From an uncultured delta proteobacterium (GTDB lineage Bacteria > Desulfobacterota > Binatia > UBA9968): a stretch of DNA of 64,000 nucleotides. The DNA is taken from positions 134,123-198,122 of the forward strand of contig CAWERH010000013.1 in assembly GCA_963811315.1 (NCBI GenBank), read 5' to 3'. Under the pieces are notes generated by a model. That model searched no databases. It was not told the DNA's origin and worked only from the letters and a program-made list of their open reading frames with translations. Positions 39,610 through 50,144 of the stretch are shown piece by piece. A program made the translations under genes and the position numbers. Within the stretch, counting starts at the first letter, position 1, and the number at the start of each line of letters is the position of its first letter.

Positions 39610-40335
39610 CTACGGCATCTCTTCCAACAGCTTGCCGAAGCCTTTTACTTTCTGCCGCAAATGCAGCCGTTTCTGCACCGCCCAGACGCGGGCCGGCACC
39701 GCGTGAACGACGGGCACCTGCAAATCCTCTTCGAGCATGTGAATGATATCGAGACAGCGCCAGCCGGTGCCGAGCATGTAAATGCCATCGGCGCCGGGAT
39801 TTTTGAGAAACGCCTGCCGGGTATGCCCGTAGATTTCCGTCGAGGCCAAACGCCCCACGTCCGCGAAATCGACTTTCATCCCAGCCATCGCCAACACTTC
39901 GAAACCGGCTTCCTGGAAGTAGCGGGTAAACATATCGTTGATGCTGCCAACGAAGTAGGTCACACCGACAAATTTTTTCACCCCAAGCGCGCGCAACGCC
40001 TCCACTTGAGTCTGCGCCGCGGTCACGATGGGGATTTTAAATTCCGCTTCCCACTCTTTGACGATCTTTTCTTCGCCCTTGAAGCCATGAACCATGAACG
40101 GCGGCGCGCCTTCGGGATGAATCAGATCGACGCCTTCCTTGGCAAGCTCGTCGACTTTCTCGTGCACGGCATTGAGCGCGGCGCGGAATTCGTCTTCGGT
40201 GCCGCGTTTGAAATCGAGATAGACCGGTACGACGCCGACGCCTTCGGGTAACAAGCGGATAAATTCTTCCAGCGAACCGGGCCGATGGGTCGGCTTAACA
40301 ACGCCAACCACTCCACGCCAACTGGTAAAGACCAT
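39610..40335 (-). CDS. Asp/Glu/hydantoin-racemase-superfamily protein (arylmalonate decarboxylase / maleate isomerase-like)
   Basis: 241 aa, two-domain racemase-like pattern with conserved Cys (GTGWRCLD); family assignment from overall pattern. Confidence 0.55.
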   Translation of the reverse strand: MVFTSWRGVVGVVKPTHRPGSLEEFIRLLPEGVGVVPVYLDFKRGTEDEFRAALNAVHEKVDELAKEGVDLIHPEGAPPFMVHGFKGEEKIVKEWEAEFKIPIVTAAQTQVEALRALGVKKFVGVTYFVGSINDMFTRYFQEAGFEVLAMAGMKVDFADVGRLASTEIYGHTRQAFLKNPGADGIYMLGTGWRCLDIIHMLEEDLQVPVVHAVPARVWAVQKRLHLRQKVKGFGKLLEEMP

Positions 40336-40359
40336 AAACTCGTTCCAATCGTTTCAAGG

Positions 40360-40436
40360 GTTCCAATCGTTCCATTCGTTTCAGAGACTCGATTCCAACC
40401 ACTTGGAACCTCTGAAACCATTGGAACAATTGGAAC
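40360..40436. repeat. Nested inverted repeat element: 27-bp imperfect arms (40360-40386 / 40410-40436) around an inner TTCCAA-ccac-TTGGAA hairpin; preceded by direct copy cgttccaatcgtttcaag (40341-40358)
   Basis: About 7 copies of GTTCCAA(T)/ATTGGAAC in both orientations within 100 bp; between UbiD-family stop (40445) and AMDase-like start (40335). Confidence 0.8.
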
Positions 40437-40444
40437 CGTCTTCG

Positions 40445-41914
40445 TTATTTAAATACCTGCGGAAACTTCGCTTTGAGCTGCTGACGTACGTTCTCCGGCA
40501 CGTCCACGACTTTGGGAAATTCTCCTTTGAGTTTTCGGTTGTAAGGCTGGCACGCGTCAATCAAAATCCGATTGTTGAAATTGCCCGGCAAAAACATCGG
40601 ATCGCGTCCCGATGACCAGGCCTTCTGGACGATGTCGATGTCGGTGACCGGATCAAAGCGTGTGCCCATCGCCCACAGAACCTGATCCATGTCCGAGCAG
40701 TCCACGTCGTCGTCGACGACCACCGTCCACTTGCCGTTGTACGCGCCGGCCATGCAATTACTTGCGACGTGGAGCACGTTACGCGCGTGACCGGGATAGC
40801 GCTGGCGAATTTGTATCGCGGTAAAACGGGTGGCGGGCGCGCCTTCATGGTTCCACACGCCGAGAATGTCGGGCAGCCCGCAGGATTCCAGCGCCTTCCA
40901 CACCTCGGCGGCGCCGGCGATGCCTTTGAGCAGTCCGGTCTCGTCGACCGGTTTGTGCTGCGGCGCGCAGGTGAGAATCGGATCGTTGCGGTACATGACG
41001 GTTTTGACGTTTAAATAGGGTCGCGGCACGACGTCGTCGGAATAGTAGCCCATCCATTCGCCGAACGGCCCTTCGGGTTGGCTTTGACCGGGCACGGCTT
41101 CGCCTTCGATGACGATCTCGGCATCGGCGGGAATTGGGAAACCTGTGAACGGACCCTTGACGACTTCGACAGGTTCGCCGCGGATGCCGCCGGCAAAGTC
41201 ATACTCGGAAATGCCGGATGGCAACGGGCTGGCCGAAAGCAAATAGAGCAGCGGATCTTGACCGCAGACGATAGCGAACTTGCAGCTTTGGCCGCGCTCG
41301 AAATATTTGTCACGATGAATCCGGCCGTGTTTACCTTCGGTGATCTGGCAACCGATGGTTTTGCCGTCGTAAACTTCACAACGATAGGCGCCGAAGTTGT
41401 ACCAGTCGGCGTCGGGATCTTTGGTAATGCACATATCGGCGGTGCCGATGTAACGGTGCGTGTCGAGTTGGTGGTGAATCGGCACGGGGAGCTTGAGCAC
41501 GTCGACTTTATCGCCTTCCAGGACATTTTCGAAGATCGGCCCGGTCTTGACCATTTTGGGCTTGAGCATCTTCATGTCGGTCATGACGTGATGGTACGCC
41601 TTGACGATGTCGGCTTTGTGCTCGTATTCGAGCGGTAGTCCCAGGGTGAGCGCGACCCGCTTGATCGTCGAAAACTGGCCGTAGAGCGTTCGATAGCCTT
41701 TGGCATACCCGGGGACTTCGTCGAACAGGATCGCGGGCGCTTTGCCTTTGCCGCCTTCGGTGAGCATCTGTGTGACCGCGCCCATCTCGCGATCCCAGTG
41801 GGCTCCACTGACCTTTTGCAACTCGCCCAGCTTTTCGACCTGGTCAATCCAATCGCGCAATCCTCGATAGCTGACAGCGCTCTGGGATGCCCCTATCCTC
41901 TCGGGTCTTGCCAT
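40445..41914 (-). CDS. UbiD-family (prFMN-dependent) reversible decarboxylase
   Basis: 489 aa; full-length colinearity with UbiD/Fdc1-type decarboxylases. Confidence 0.85.
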   Translation of the reverse strand: MARPERIGASQSAVSYRGLRDWIDQVEKLGELQKVSGAHWDREMGAVTQMLTEGGKGKAPAILFDEVPGYAKGYRTLYGQFSTIKRVALTLGLPLEYEHKADIVKAYHHVMTDMKMLKPKMVKTGPIFENVLEGDKVDVLKLPVPIHHQLDTHRYIGTADMCITKDPDADWYNFGAYRCEVYDGKTIGCQITEGKHGRIHRDKYFERGQSCKFAIVCGQDPLLYLLSASPLPSGISEYDFAGGIRGEPVEVVKGPFTGFPIPADAEIVIEGEAVPGQSQPEGPFGEWMGYYSDDVVPRPYLNVKTVMYRNDPILTCAPQHKPVDETGLLKGIAGAAEVWKALESCGLPDILGVWNHEGAPATRFTAIQIRQRYPGHARNVLHVASNCMAGAYNGKWTVVVDDDVDCSDMDQVLWAMGTRFDPVTDIDIVQKAWSSGRDPMFLPGNFNNRILIDACQPYNRKLKGEFPKVVDVPENVRQQLKAKFPQVFK

Positions 41915-42118
41915 GAAATCCTCCTGGAAGTAAGACTTTTAACCTCGGTAAAACACCTTGTTTAGTGCGGTGGCTCCCACCTTACGATTGGCCCTACCCC
42001 TTGTCAAGAAATGGCGCCGCTTGCGCGATCAACTCGGATGGTGGTATGAACGCCGCTCGTCGACGGCTCTTAGTAAATCGGTAAGCAAAATTTTCGGCAA
42101 AGTTGGCGTGAGGTTTCC

Positions 42119-42617
42119 ATGACGGGTCGAACAACGTACGATAGACAACTCCGGACCATCGGTCAGTCCCTCGAAGCCCAGCGCATACAGTTATTCGAAC
42201 TAACCCGCCAAGGGGAACGTTATGTCGTCAAAGGCGAACCGGAGAAAGAAACCTCGCTGCTCGCGACGCTGCGCCAGTGGCAAAAGCGCGTGCGCAGCGA
42301 AGGCATCAACAACTCGCTGAGCTTTCACCGCTCCGATCTCGAGCAGCTCGATCAATCAGGGATGCGCTAATCGTGCCAAGACCAATCAACTTTCCGACTT
42401 TCACCGGCTGCCGAATACTTTGCGAACCGTGGGCGCTTACTTGGAACTGAACGGCGCTGAGCTGATCGAGCTGCACAAAAAAGAACTCAGCGTCACGATC
42501 CTCTCGCGCAATCAAGCCGGGCATCCCAAACTGGAAGAACGCAGCGTCGCGTCGCTTTACGATATCTTCGTGCGACTGCACGGAAGGCGCGCCGAGAAAA
42601 TGCGCAGTTCGCGCTAA
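42119..42617 (+). CDS. Hypothetical protein with two tandem ~60-aa repeats, apparently frame-shifted near 42365
   Basis: LRTIGQSLEAQRIQLFELTRQGERYVVKG vs LRTVGAYLELNGAELIELHKKELSVTILS; ORFs 42119..42370 and 42420..42617 in different frames. Confidence 0.35.
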
Positions 42618-42856
42618 TCATCGCGATCAATATCGTTTGGGTCCGTGTATTGTTTGTTCGACAAATCCTAACAGTCCATCGTCGACAATATTCTGCCTTC
42701 TCCTTCAACATTTTTTTTCAGCTCGTCAAAAGACGACTTGGAGATCACGCGATCGAACTGCGAGCGGTAATTGTTGATGATGCTGATGTTTTGCGACAGC
42801 AAGATCACCGCTATTGGACGACACGACACTCTCATGCCTCCATTCTCCTAAACATG

Positions 42857-43231
42857 CTATTGAACAAATTGATCGGACAGCAGAATCGCCCAGACAGTCG
42901 CGGCAAGAATAATCGCAGCAAGCACCGCCGCCGAGCCGATATCTTTGGCGCGTCCGGATAACTCGTGGCGCTCCCGGCCGATCCGGTCCACCACCGTTTC
43001 CAATGCTGAGTTGAGCAGCTCGACGACCACGACTTGGAGACAGCTGCCGATCATCAAAGCCCGCTCTACCGCGCCTCTGCCGAGCAGCCACGCCGTCGGC
43101 AGCGCCACAATCAAGACATAAACTTCGTAGCGGAGCGCCTGCTCGGTTTGCCAGGCCTGGCGCAAACCCCGGGAAGAGTAGCAGGTCGCGTTCACCAAGC
43201 GCTGCACCGGGCCGCCGTCGTTTCCGTTCAT
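42857..43231 (-). CDS. dgkA: Diacylglycerol kinase (prokaryotic DgkA family)
   Basis: 124 aa, three TM helices, ...ERALMIGSCLQVVVVELLNSALETVVDRIG... DAGK_prokar signature region. Confidence 0.8.
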   Translation of the reverse strand: MNGNDGGPVQRLVNATCYSSRGLRQAWQTEQALRYEVYVLIVALPTAWLLGRGAVERALMIGSCLQVVVVELLNSALETVVDRIGRERHELSGRAKDIGSAAVLAAIILAATVWAILLSDQFVQ

Positions 43232-43235
43232 AGGC

Positions 43236-45494
43236 TCAAGCCGATGGCGCGACGGAAACGATGGTCATTGCTGCGCGTCCCTTCAGCCCATTGAGCACCT
43301 TCTCCGCAGTGATCGGCAAAGATCGAATGCGCACTCCGATCGCGTCTTCCACCGCATTGGCGATCGCCGCCGCCGTCGGGATCAGCGAAGTCTCGCCGAT
43401 GCTCATGCTGTTATACGGCCCGCTGCCGAAATCGGATTGCAGTATCGTCGTCTTCAGCTCCGGTATGTCTTTAATGTTGGGAATCTTGTATTCGCCCAGA
43501 TTGGTGGCGAGCGCCTGGCCGCTTTCGTCGACGGCGAGATTTTCAATCAATCCGTATCCCATGCCCATCACCACGCCGCCGTCGATCTGGCCTTGATGGG
43601 TCATTGGATTGAGGATCGTGCCGGTATTGTGCGCGGTGGTCAATTTCCTGAGGGTCACTTCGCCGGTTTCTTCGTCGACTTCCACTTCCGCCACCTGGGC
43701 GACCAGCGAAGCTTCAGGACCGTCGGCCATATTCGCGTAGTGACCTTCGGCCTCGAGCGGTTTGCCGTTTGCGCGGGCGATTTCGGCGTACGTCATGCGC
43801 CGTTCGGCGCGCCCATGGATCACCCCTCCGTCGTAAAGAATAAGATCATCCGGCGTCGTATTCATCGCCTGCGCCGCGACCTTGAGAATCTCATCGCGCA
43901 TCCTGCGCGCCGCATCCAGAGCCGAGCTGCCGTGCACCCGAGTGCTGCTGCTGCCGCGCACGCCGGTGTCTTTGACGACTTGCGCGGAATCGAGCATTTC
44001 GACGCGAATTGAATCGAGCGGCACTTTCAGTTCCTCGCCGATGATCTGGCGCATCATCGTGAACACACCCGGCCCGGTGTCCGTGACCGCCGATGAAAGC
44101 GTGACGACGCCGCTATCGTCAATTTTCACAAACGCGTAGGACTCGCCGCCCTTCGATACCCAATCCGCAATGGCGCAACCGCGGCCGATTTTCTTTCCCT
44201 TCGGCTTGCGAAAGCCGGATTCGTCCAAGGCGCGGCCGAGGGTCTCGGTGGCTTTGACGTGCGGAATAACTTCGCCCAGCGGCGAAGTATCGCCGTCGCG
44301 CATGAAATTCATCCGGCGAAACTCCACCGGGTCTATGCCCAGGCGCTTGGCGACCAAATCGGCCTGGCTTTCGGAAGCGAAAAAAGCTTGCAGGTGGCCC
44401 GGTGCGCGCATGTAACCGCAGGGCATTTTGTTGGTATAGACATAATTTTCTTCGACCAGACAATTGGGCACGCGATACGGTCCGGGCGCATCGTGGGCGC
44501 CGACGAGATAGCCCTGCGGCCGGTAGGCGCCATAGGCGCCGCTATCGAAGACGAATTGGATATGCGCCGCGATCAGGATGCCGTTTTTCTTCACTCCGGT
44601 TTTGATCTTGATCACCGCGCCGTGGCGCGGATTGCCGGCGATCAGTTCCTCGGCATAATCGATGACCAGTTTGACCGGCCGGCCGGCTTTTTTTGCCAAT
44701 GCGTAACAGAGTGCGACATCGTTGCCGTCGCCCTTGCCGCCGAAATCGCCGCCGACGTAGCAAGGATGAATAATCAGGCTGGCCGGCGCGACTTGCATGG
44801 CGCTGCCGACCTGATCGCGCAGATTGAACGGGCTTTTGTTCGACGACCACACATCGGCGTTGCCATCCGGATTGATGCGCACCAGAGACGAATGCGGCTC
44901 GATATAAGCCTGATGCACGGCGGGAACCGTAAACGTGTTCTCGACGACCACGTCGGACTGGCGAAAGCCTTCTTCGACGACACCCTTCTTCCAAGTCAAG
45001 TGCACGAAGACATTGCTTGGTGCCTCGATTTTGTGGAGCAGACCTTTGTATTCGGCAAGGTTCGGATGCAACAGCGGCGCATCCGGCGCCATCGCTTGGA
45101 GCGGATCGGTGACAATCGGCAGCTCTTCATACTCTACATCGATCAAATCGAGCGCCGCTTCGGCGATCGCCTCGCTATCGGCCGCCACGGCAGCGACTTT
45201 TTCCCCGCGATAGCGCACGACTTGCTCGGCGAGGATCGGCATGTCGACGATCTTCTTGCCGATTTTTGCGCCGGCAAGATCGGCGCCGGTCAGCACCGCG
45301 TGAACTCCGCTCAGCGCCGATGCTTTTGCATGATCGATTTTTTTTATCCGGCCGTGGGCGATGGGACTGCGCAAAACTTTCGCCCAGAGCAAGTCCGGCA
45401 CGGATACATCGACGGCGTAAAGCGCTCCGCCACCGACTTTTTGTTCGCCTTCGACTCGCGGACTTGGAATGCCGATGCTGCGAATCTCCACCAT
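43236..45494 (-). CDS. Xanthine dehydrogenase / aldehyde oxidase / CO dehydrogenase-family molybdopterin-binding large subunit
   Basis: 752 aa; MVEIRSIGIPSPRVEGEQKVGGGALYAVD... N-terminal a/b-hammerhead then MoCo-binding domains. Confidence 0.85.
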   Translation of the reverse strand: MVEIRSIGIPSPRVEGEQKVGGGALYAVDVSVPDLLWAKVLRSPIAHGRIKKIDHAKASALSGVHAVLTGADLAGAKIGKKIVDMPILAEQVVRYRGEKVAAVAADSEAIAEAALDLIDVEYEELPIVTDPLQAMAPDAPLLHPNLAEYKGLLHKIEAPSNVFVHLTWKKGVVEEGFRQSDVVVENTFTVPAVHQAYIEPHSSLVRINPDGNADVWSSNKSPFNLRDQVGSAMQVAPASLIIHPCYVGGDFGGKGDGNDVALCYALAKKAGRPVKLVIDYAEELIAGNPRHGAVIKIKTGVKKNGILIAAHIQFVFDSGAYGAYRPQGYLVGAHDAPGPYRVPNCLVEENYVYTNKMPCGYMRAPGHLQAFFASESQADLVAKRLGIDPVEFRRMNFMRDGDTSPLGEVIPHVKATETLGRALDESGFRKPKGKKIGRGCAIADWVSKGGESYAFVKIDDSGVVTLSSAVTDTGPGVFTMMRQIIGEELKVPLDSIRVEMLDSAQVVKDTGVRGSSSTRVHGSSALDAARRMRDEILKVAAQAMNTTPDDLILYDGGVIHGRAERRMTYAEIARANGKPLEAEGHYANMADGPEASLVAQVAEVEVDEETGEVTLRKLTTAHNTGTILNPMTHQGQIDGGVVMGMGYGLIENLAVDESGQALATNLGEYKIPNIKDIPELKTTILQSDFGSGPYNSMSIGETSLIPTAAAIANAVEDAIGVRIRSLPITAEKVLNGLKGRAAMTIVSVAPSA

Positions 45495-45687
45495 GAGATG
45501 TCACCTCAATTATTTAGTCGCGAACGATCAGAGAAACCGCTTCGATAAAATAAAACTGTTCAAATCGACCTGCATCTTCATCAGCCCGTGGCTGGAGATC
45601 GTCGTACCTCTGAATCTCCAGCCAAGATTCGATAGATCGCAAGTTTCGCCTCTGCAGCAAGTCCGCCGCGCGCTGCCGGGGTTTGCG

Positions 45688-48600
45688 TTACCCCTGTTGA
45701 GGTAGATCCAGGTTTTGCAGACGGCTCAATAGCTCACCAACCAATCCGACATCAATGGGAATGCCGTCGCGATAGGCGATCGCCTGATTGGAATAGGGCG
45801 AAACCCGCCCGTCCGCCGTCAAAATTCCCAGCAGATTCAAGGGGTCGGCCGCCGCCACGAGGACCGGACGCTGCACCTGCGCTTGCCGGCGTCCGGCGCG
45901 CAACTTGTCGAGGGCCTCAGGCAACGCAAACTGCTCGCCGACGAAACCATTGACAAAACGCCCGCCGCGGATTTCGCCGCGCGCTTCCAACAAGCGAAGA
46001 ACTCCCAATAACGCGCGCCACGGCGGCAAGTGCGTTTCGCGGGCGAGCAAATCGCGAAACACCACACCGTAACGCCGCAGCAGTTGCCGCGCGTGCTGTT
46101 CGACGATCGCTTCGGGATTTTTTTCCATCGGCGCAAACTGGTTGCGCCACAGCGACCAGCGCCCCACGGGCATGATTCGTTCAGGACTTTTGCCACCCGC
46201 AATGACCCGCAGCCTCCGCCGCTCCGTGCGTTTATGATCGGGGGTCAATAACACACGCAGACCGGCAATACCGTCGCCGGTCGCGAGCCCGTGCGCGACC
46301 AGTTGCCAGAGCGCCTCTTCGACTTTGACCTTCAACAAACCGGTCGCGCGCGCGACGTCAGCAAGAAACGACGCGCCATGCCGGTCAAGATGGCGCGCCA
46401 CTTCCAGCGCCATCGGCGACAAAGACTCGATTTGATCGAAGCGCAAAGTCATGGGCGCCAGATAAAATCCGAGATCGTCGCGCAGCACGAATGCGATCGG
46501 CGCGTTGCGCGCCGGCGCTAATAAACGTTTCGCGCGCCGGTTAAGGGATTTATCCACGGCTGACGACGTAGCCGCAGTCAGCTCGACACCAAGTCTGCCC
46601 CAAGCGACGACGCCGGCCAAGCACAGGTGCTCGAGATCCGCCGGGTCGTACTGCTCGACGCGCGCCGGAAGAATATGCTGTTCCCAGGCGGGCGCCGGCA
46701 GTTCCAATCCCTGTAACTGGCGAATCACCTGCAAGACGCCGTCGCGGCCGCGCAGCTGCGAACCCGGCGTTACATGCTGCCAAGCGAGCAGGAACTTCAT
46801 AAACTCTTGAGCTGAAACCGGTTCAATTTCTTTGCGCATCCGGCCCAGGGTTAGCCGATGGATGCGCGCCAACAAAGCACGCTCGCACCACTCGACCTCG
46901 CCGTCTTGGCTGCGCCCGGTGAACTCGCCGCGCAGCACCACGCCGGCGCTTTCCAAGGCCAACAGCGCCGCGTCGATTTGACTGCGCGAAATCCCCAGCC
47001 GTGAAGCCAGCGTATTTGCGGTTATCGGCCCGCTCACTTCCAACCAGCCTTGAACAATTTTTTTGACCGCGTCTTCCGCCGACTCGACGGTTTCGGCAAA
47101 ACCGAGCGGCAGTTCGATCGGTGGCTTGAGCGCTATTTCCGGCAAGCACTTGCGGATCAAATCAACTCGCTCCGCTGCAACAAATGCCTGGCGTTCGCCA
47201 TCGACGGTGATCCACTGGGCCGCGCTCGCCCGCCGATCTTCAATCAACGCTTGCGCCAGCGGTCGCCAGTCAGGACGAAAATCCACCGGCAACAAACCGA
47301 TCCCCAACAAAAGATCGTGCAGCTCGTCGACATTGCGCACTTCCGGCCAGGCCTGCCTGGCAACTTCCGCGATGGCCGCGGCATCGAGCCGGCCGAACTC
47401 GCGGCCGAGCCACGGATCGACCCGCCGCAGCGACACGGCACGGGCACGCCGCTCTTCCAAGGGCGCGTCGTCGAGAAACGCATACGGATTGGCATTGAGG
47501 ATTTCGTGCGCCATCGGCGACGGCGCCGGCGTGTCGATGGCGAGCGTCTCGATCGCGCCGCTCTCGATGCGGCTGAGAATATTCGCCAGACCATCGACAT
47601 CCATGGCTTCGTGCAAACAGTCCCCCATGGTTTCTTTCACCAGCGGATGATCCGGCAGTTCCACCGGGCCGCTGCGATTGTCCTGGCACATGACCTGCTC
47701 GGGAAAAACCGCCGCGAGCAAATCTTCCGCGCGCATGCGCTGCAATGCCACCGGGACTTTCTTTGCCGCCGCTATGGCGCAACAGAGCCAGCGCGCGCGA
47801 CGCGTTCCAGCGCCAGCGATTGGTAAACATCGGCGAGACCAAAGCGGCCTGAATGAGATTTTCTTCCAGGATCGCCGGGCGCAGCATCAGAAACACATCG
47901 CTGAGCGGAAACGAGTGCTGCTCGACCAGCGAGATGCAGATGCCGTCATCCGTCGCCGCGGCCTGCAACTCGCGATCGAAGCTCACGCAAAAGCGCTTGC
48001 GCAGCGCCAATCCCCAGGCGCGATTGATCCGCCCGCCCCAGGGCGAATGGAGGATCAACTGCATGCCGCCGGCTTCGTCAAAGAAGCGCTCGGCGATAAT
48101 CCGCTCTTGGGTCGGCACCGTGCCGAGCATCGCGAGTGTATCCGCGACATAATCAACGATCTGTTCCGCCGCCGCTTGCGACATGGCGACTTGCTCAATC
48201 AGCCATTGCGCCGCCGCGGCGCGGTCCGGCAGGAGTTGCATTACGGCCTGCCGCAAATCCGCGACCGCTTTGGACAGCTCAAGAGTGCGCGCCGGCGCCT
48301 CGCCCATCCAGAATGGAATGGTCGGCGGCAGGCCCTCGGCATCGTCGACCCAAACTTTGCCGGCGCCGACCCGGCGAATCCGCCAGGAGCGATTGCCGAG
48401 CAGAAAAATATCGCCGGCGAGACTTTCGATGGCAAAATCTTCGTGGACTTTCCCGACGAAAGTTTCCGTGGAGAATTCCACCACATCGTAGTCGGCGGTA
48501 TCGGGAATCGCGCCGCCGTTGGTGATCGCGGTCAAGCGCGCGCCGCGGCGCGGCCTGAGCATGCCGTGGATCCGATCTCGATGGATGTAAGCGCCGCGCC

Positions 48601-50056
48601 GGCTGCGCCGGGTTTCCACGCCCTCGCTAAGCATTTCCAGAAGCTGCTCGAAATTCTTCCTGCGGCAGATTTCGATACGGATACGCGCCGCGGACCAGCT
48701 GCCACAAGGCGTCCTCGACTGATGCCGTCCTCTGTGCGGTTCGAGTTTCGCTCGTCCTGACCGTGCTTGCAGCCGCGCGCCAAGCTCGCCACGGTTGCGA
48801 CCATTTGTTGCGCCAGCACGTCGAGCGGTTTTTCGGCGACGGTCAATTTATCCAGCTCGCCCTGTTTCACCGCGCGAATCGCCGCCACCGACTGCACCAG
48901 ATCATCGCGGGTCAAGGGATAGAAGATCCCCTTGGGAATCGCGCCGAGCCAATGACCGGAGCGGCCGACGCGCTGCAACAGCACCGCCAAGTTTCGTGGC
49001 GACGCCGATATGGCAGACCACATCGACGTGACCGATGTCGATGCCCAGCTCCAAGGATGCGGTGGCGACGACCACCGGGTATTGCCCGGTCTTGAGTTTC
49101 TCCTCGACCTCCAGCCGGGTTTTGCGCGACAAACTGCCGTGATGGGCGCCCACCTTGCCGTCGCCCAATCGCTCGGTCAGCTGATGCGCCACCCGCTCGA
49201 CGAGCCGCCGCGTGTTGACAAAAACCAATGTGCTCTTGTGCGCCCGGATTTGCTCAACCAACCGATCGTATACCGCCGACCAGATATCCTGCCGGATGAT
49301 CGGCCCCAATTCCTCATCCGGCACTTCGATGCGCAAATCCATTTCGCGCCGGTGTCCCGCGTCAATGATGGTGCAGTCGGGTGCGCCGTCCCTGTCAATG
49401 CCACGGCTCCCGACCAACAACCGTGCGATATCCTCGATCGGCTTTTGGGTCGCGCTCAAACCGATCCGCTGCAGCGGCCGCGCCGCCAGCGCTTGCAGTC
49501 GCTCGATCGACAATGACAGATGGGCGCCGCGCTTGTCCTGGGCGACGGCATGAATCTCATCGAGGATCACCGTTTCTGTGGTCCGGAGAAATTCCCGGCT
49601 GCGCGACGCGGTCAATAAAATGTAGAGCGACTCCGGCGTGGTGATCAGAATGTGCGGCGGCCGGCGCAGCATCAATTGGCGCTCGCGCGCCGGCGTATCG
49701 CCGGAGCGTACGGCGACGCGAATCGTCGGCAGCAAAATTCCCTCGCGCCCGGCAAGAGCATAGATCTCCGCAAGCGGTCCCTGAAGATTGCGAGCGATAT
49801 CGTTGCCGAGAGCCTTTAGCGGCGAGACATAGACCACGCTGGTGCGCTCGTCCAAGGCGCCCTGGAGGGCGCGTTGGATCAAGCGATCGATGGACCAAAG
49901 AAACGCGGCCAGAGTTTTGCCCGAACCGGTCGGTGCGGCGATCAGCGTCGACTTCCCGGCGGCGATCGATTGCCAGCCCAACTGCTGCGGCGTTGTGGGA
50001 TTTTGAAAACGCTGGACAAACCAGCGCCAAACCAGCGGGTGAAAAAAATCTTTCAA
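45688..50056 (-). CDS. lhr: Lhr-type large ATP-dependent helicase, split by at least 3 frameshifts
   Basis: N-terminal DEAD/DEAH module APTGSGKT, DEIH, helicase C; remaining ~1000 aa in ORFs 48532..49023, 47270..48634, 45688..47751. Confidence 0.8.
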
Positions 50057-50096
50057 AAATGTTTCTCCGTCGAATTGGAGAAACTTAGATTAAATA

Positions 50097-50127
50097 GAAA
50101 ATTGCCGCGGATCAACCTTGTGCGGCA
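50097..50127 (-). terminator. Rho-independent terminator (minus strand) downstream of 50145..50537 gene
   Basis: Minus-strand TTGCCGC-acaaggttgatcc-GCGGCAA followed by TTTT. Confidence 0.55.
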
Positions 50128-50144
50128 AGCCGCATGAAACCCGA

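Noticed and set aside
40360-40436. MITE / IS terminal inverted repeat interpretation of the GTTCCAAT element
   Set aside because: 77 bp total is very short and no target-site duplication is evident. Kept as a possibility only (see finding), with regulatory hairpin favoured.
44259-45548. 429-aa plus-strand ORF
   Set aside because: Antisense to the molybdopterin-subunit gene.
47050-48760. 258-aa and 360-aa plus-strand ORFs
   Set aside because: Antisense to lhr.
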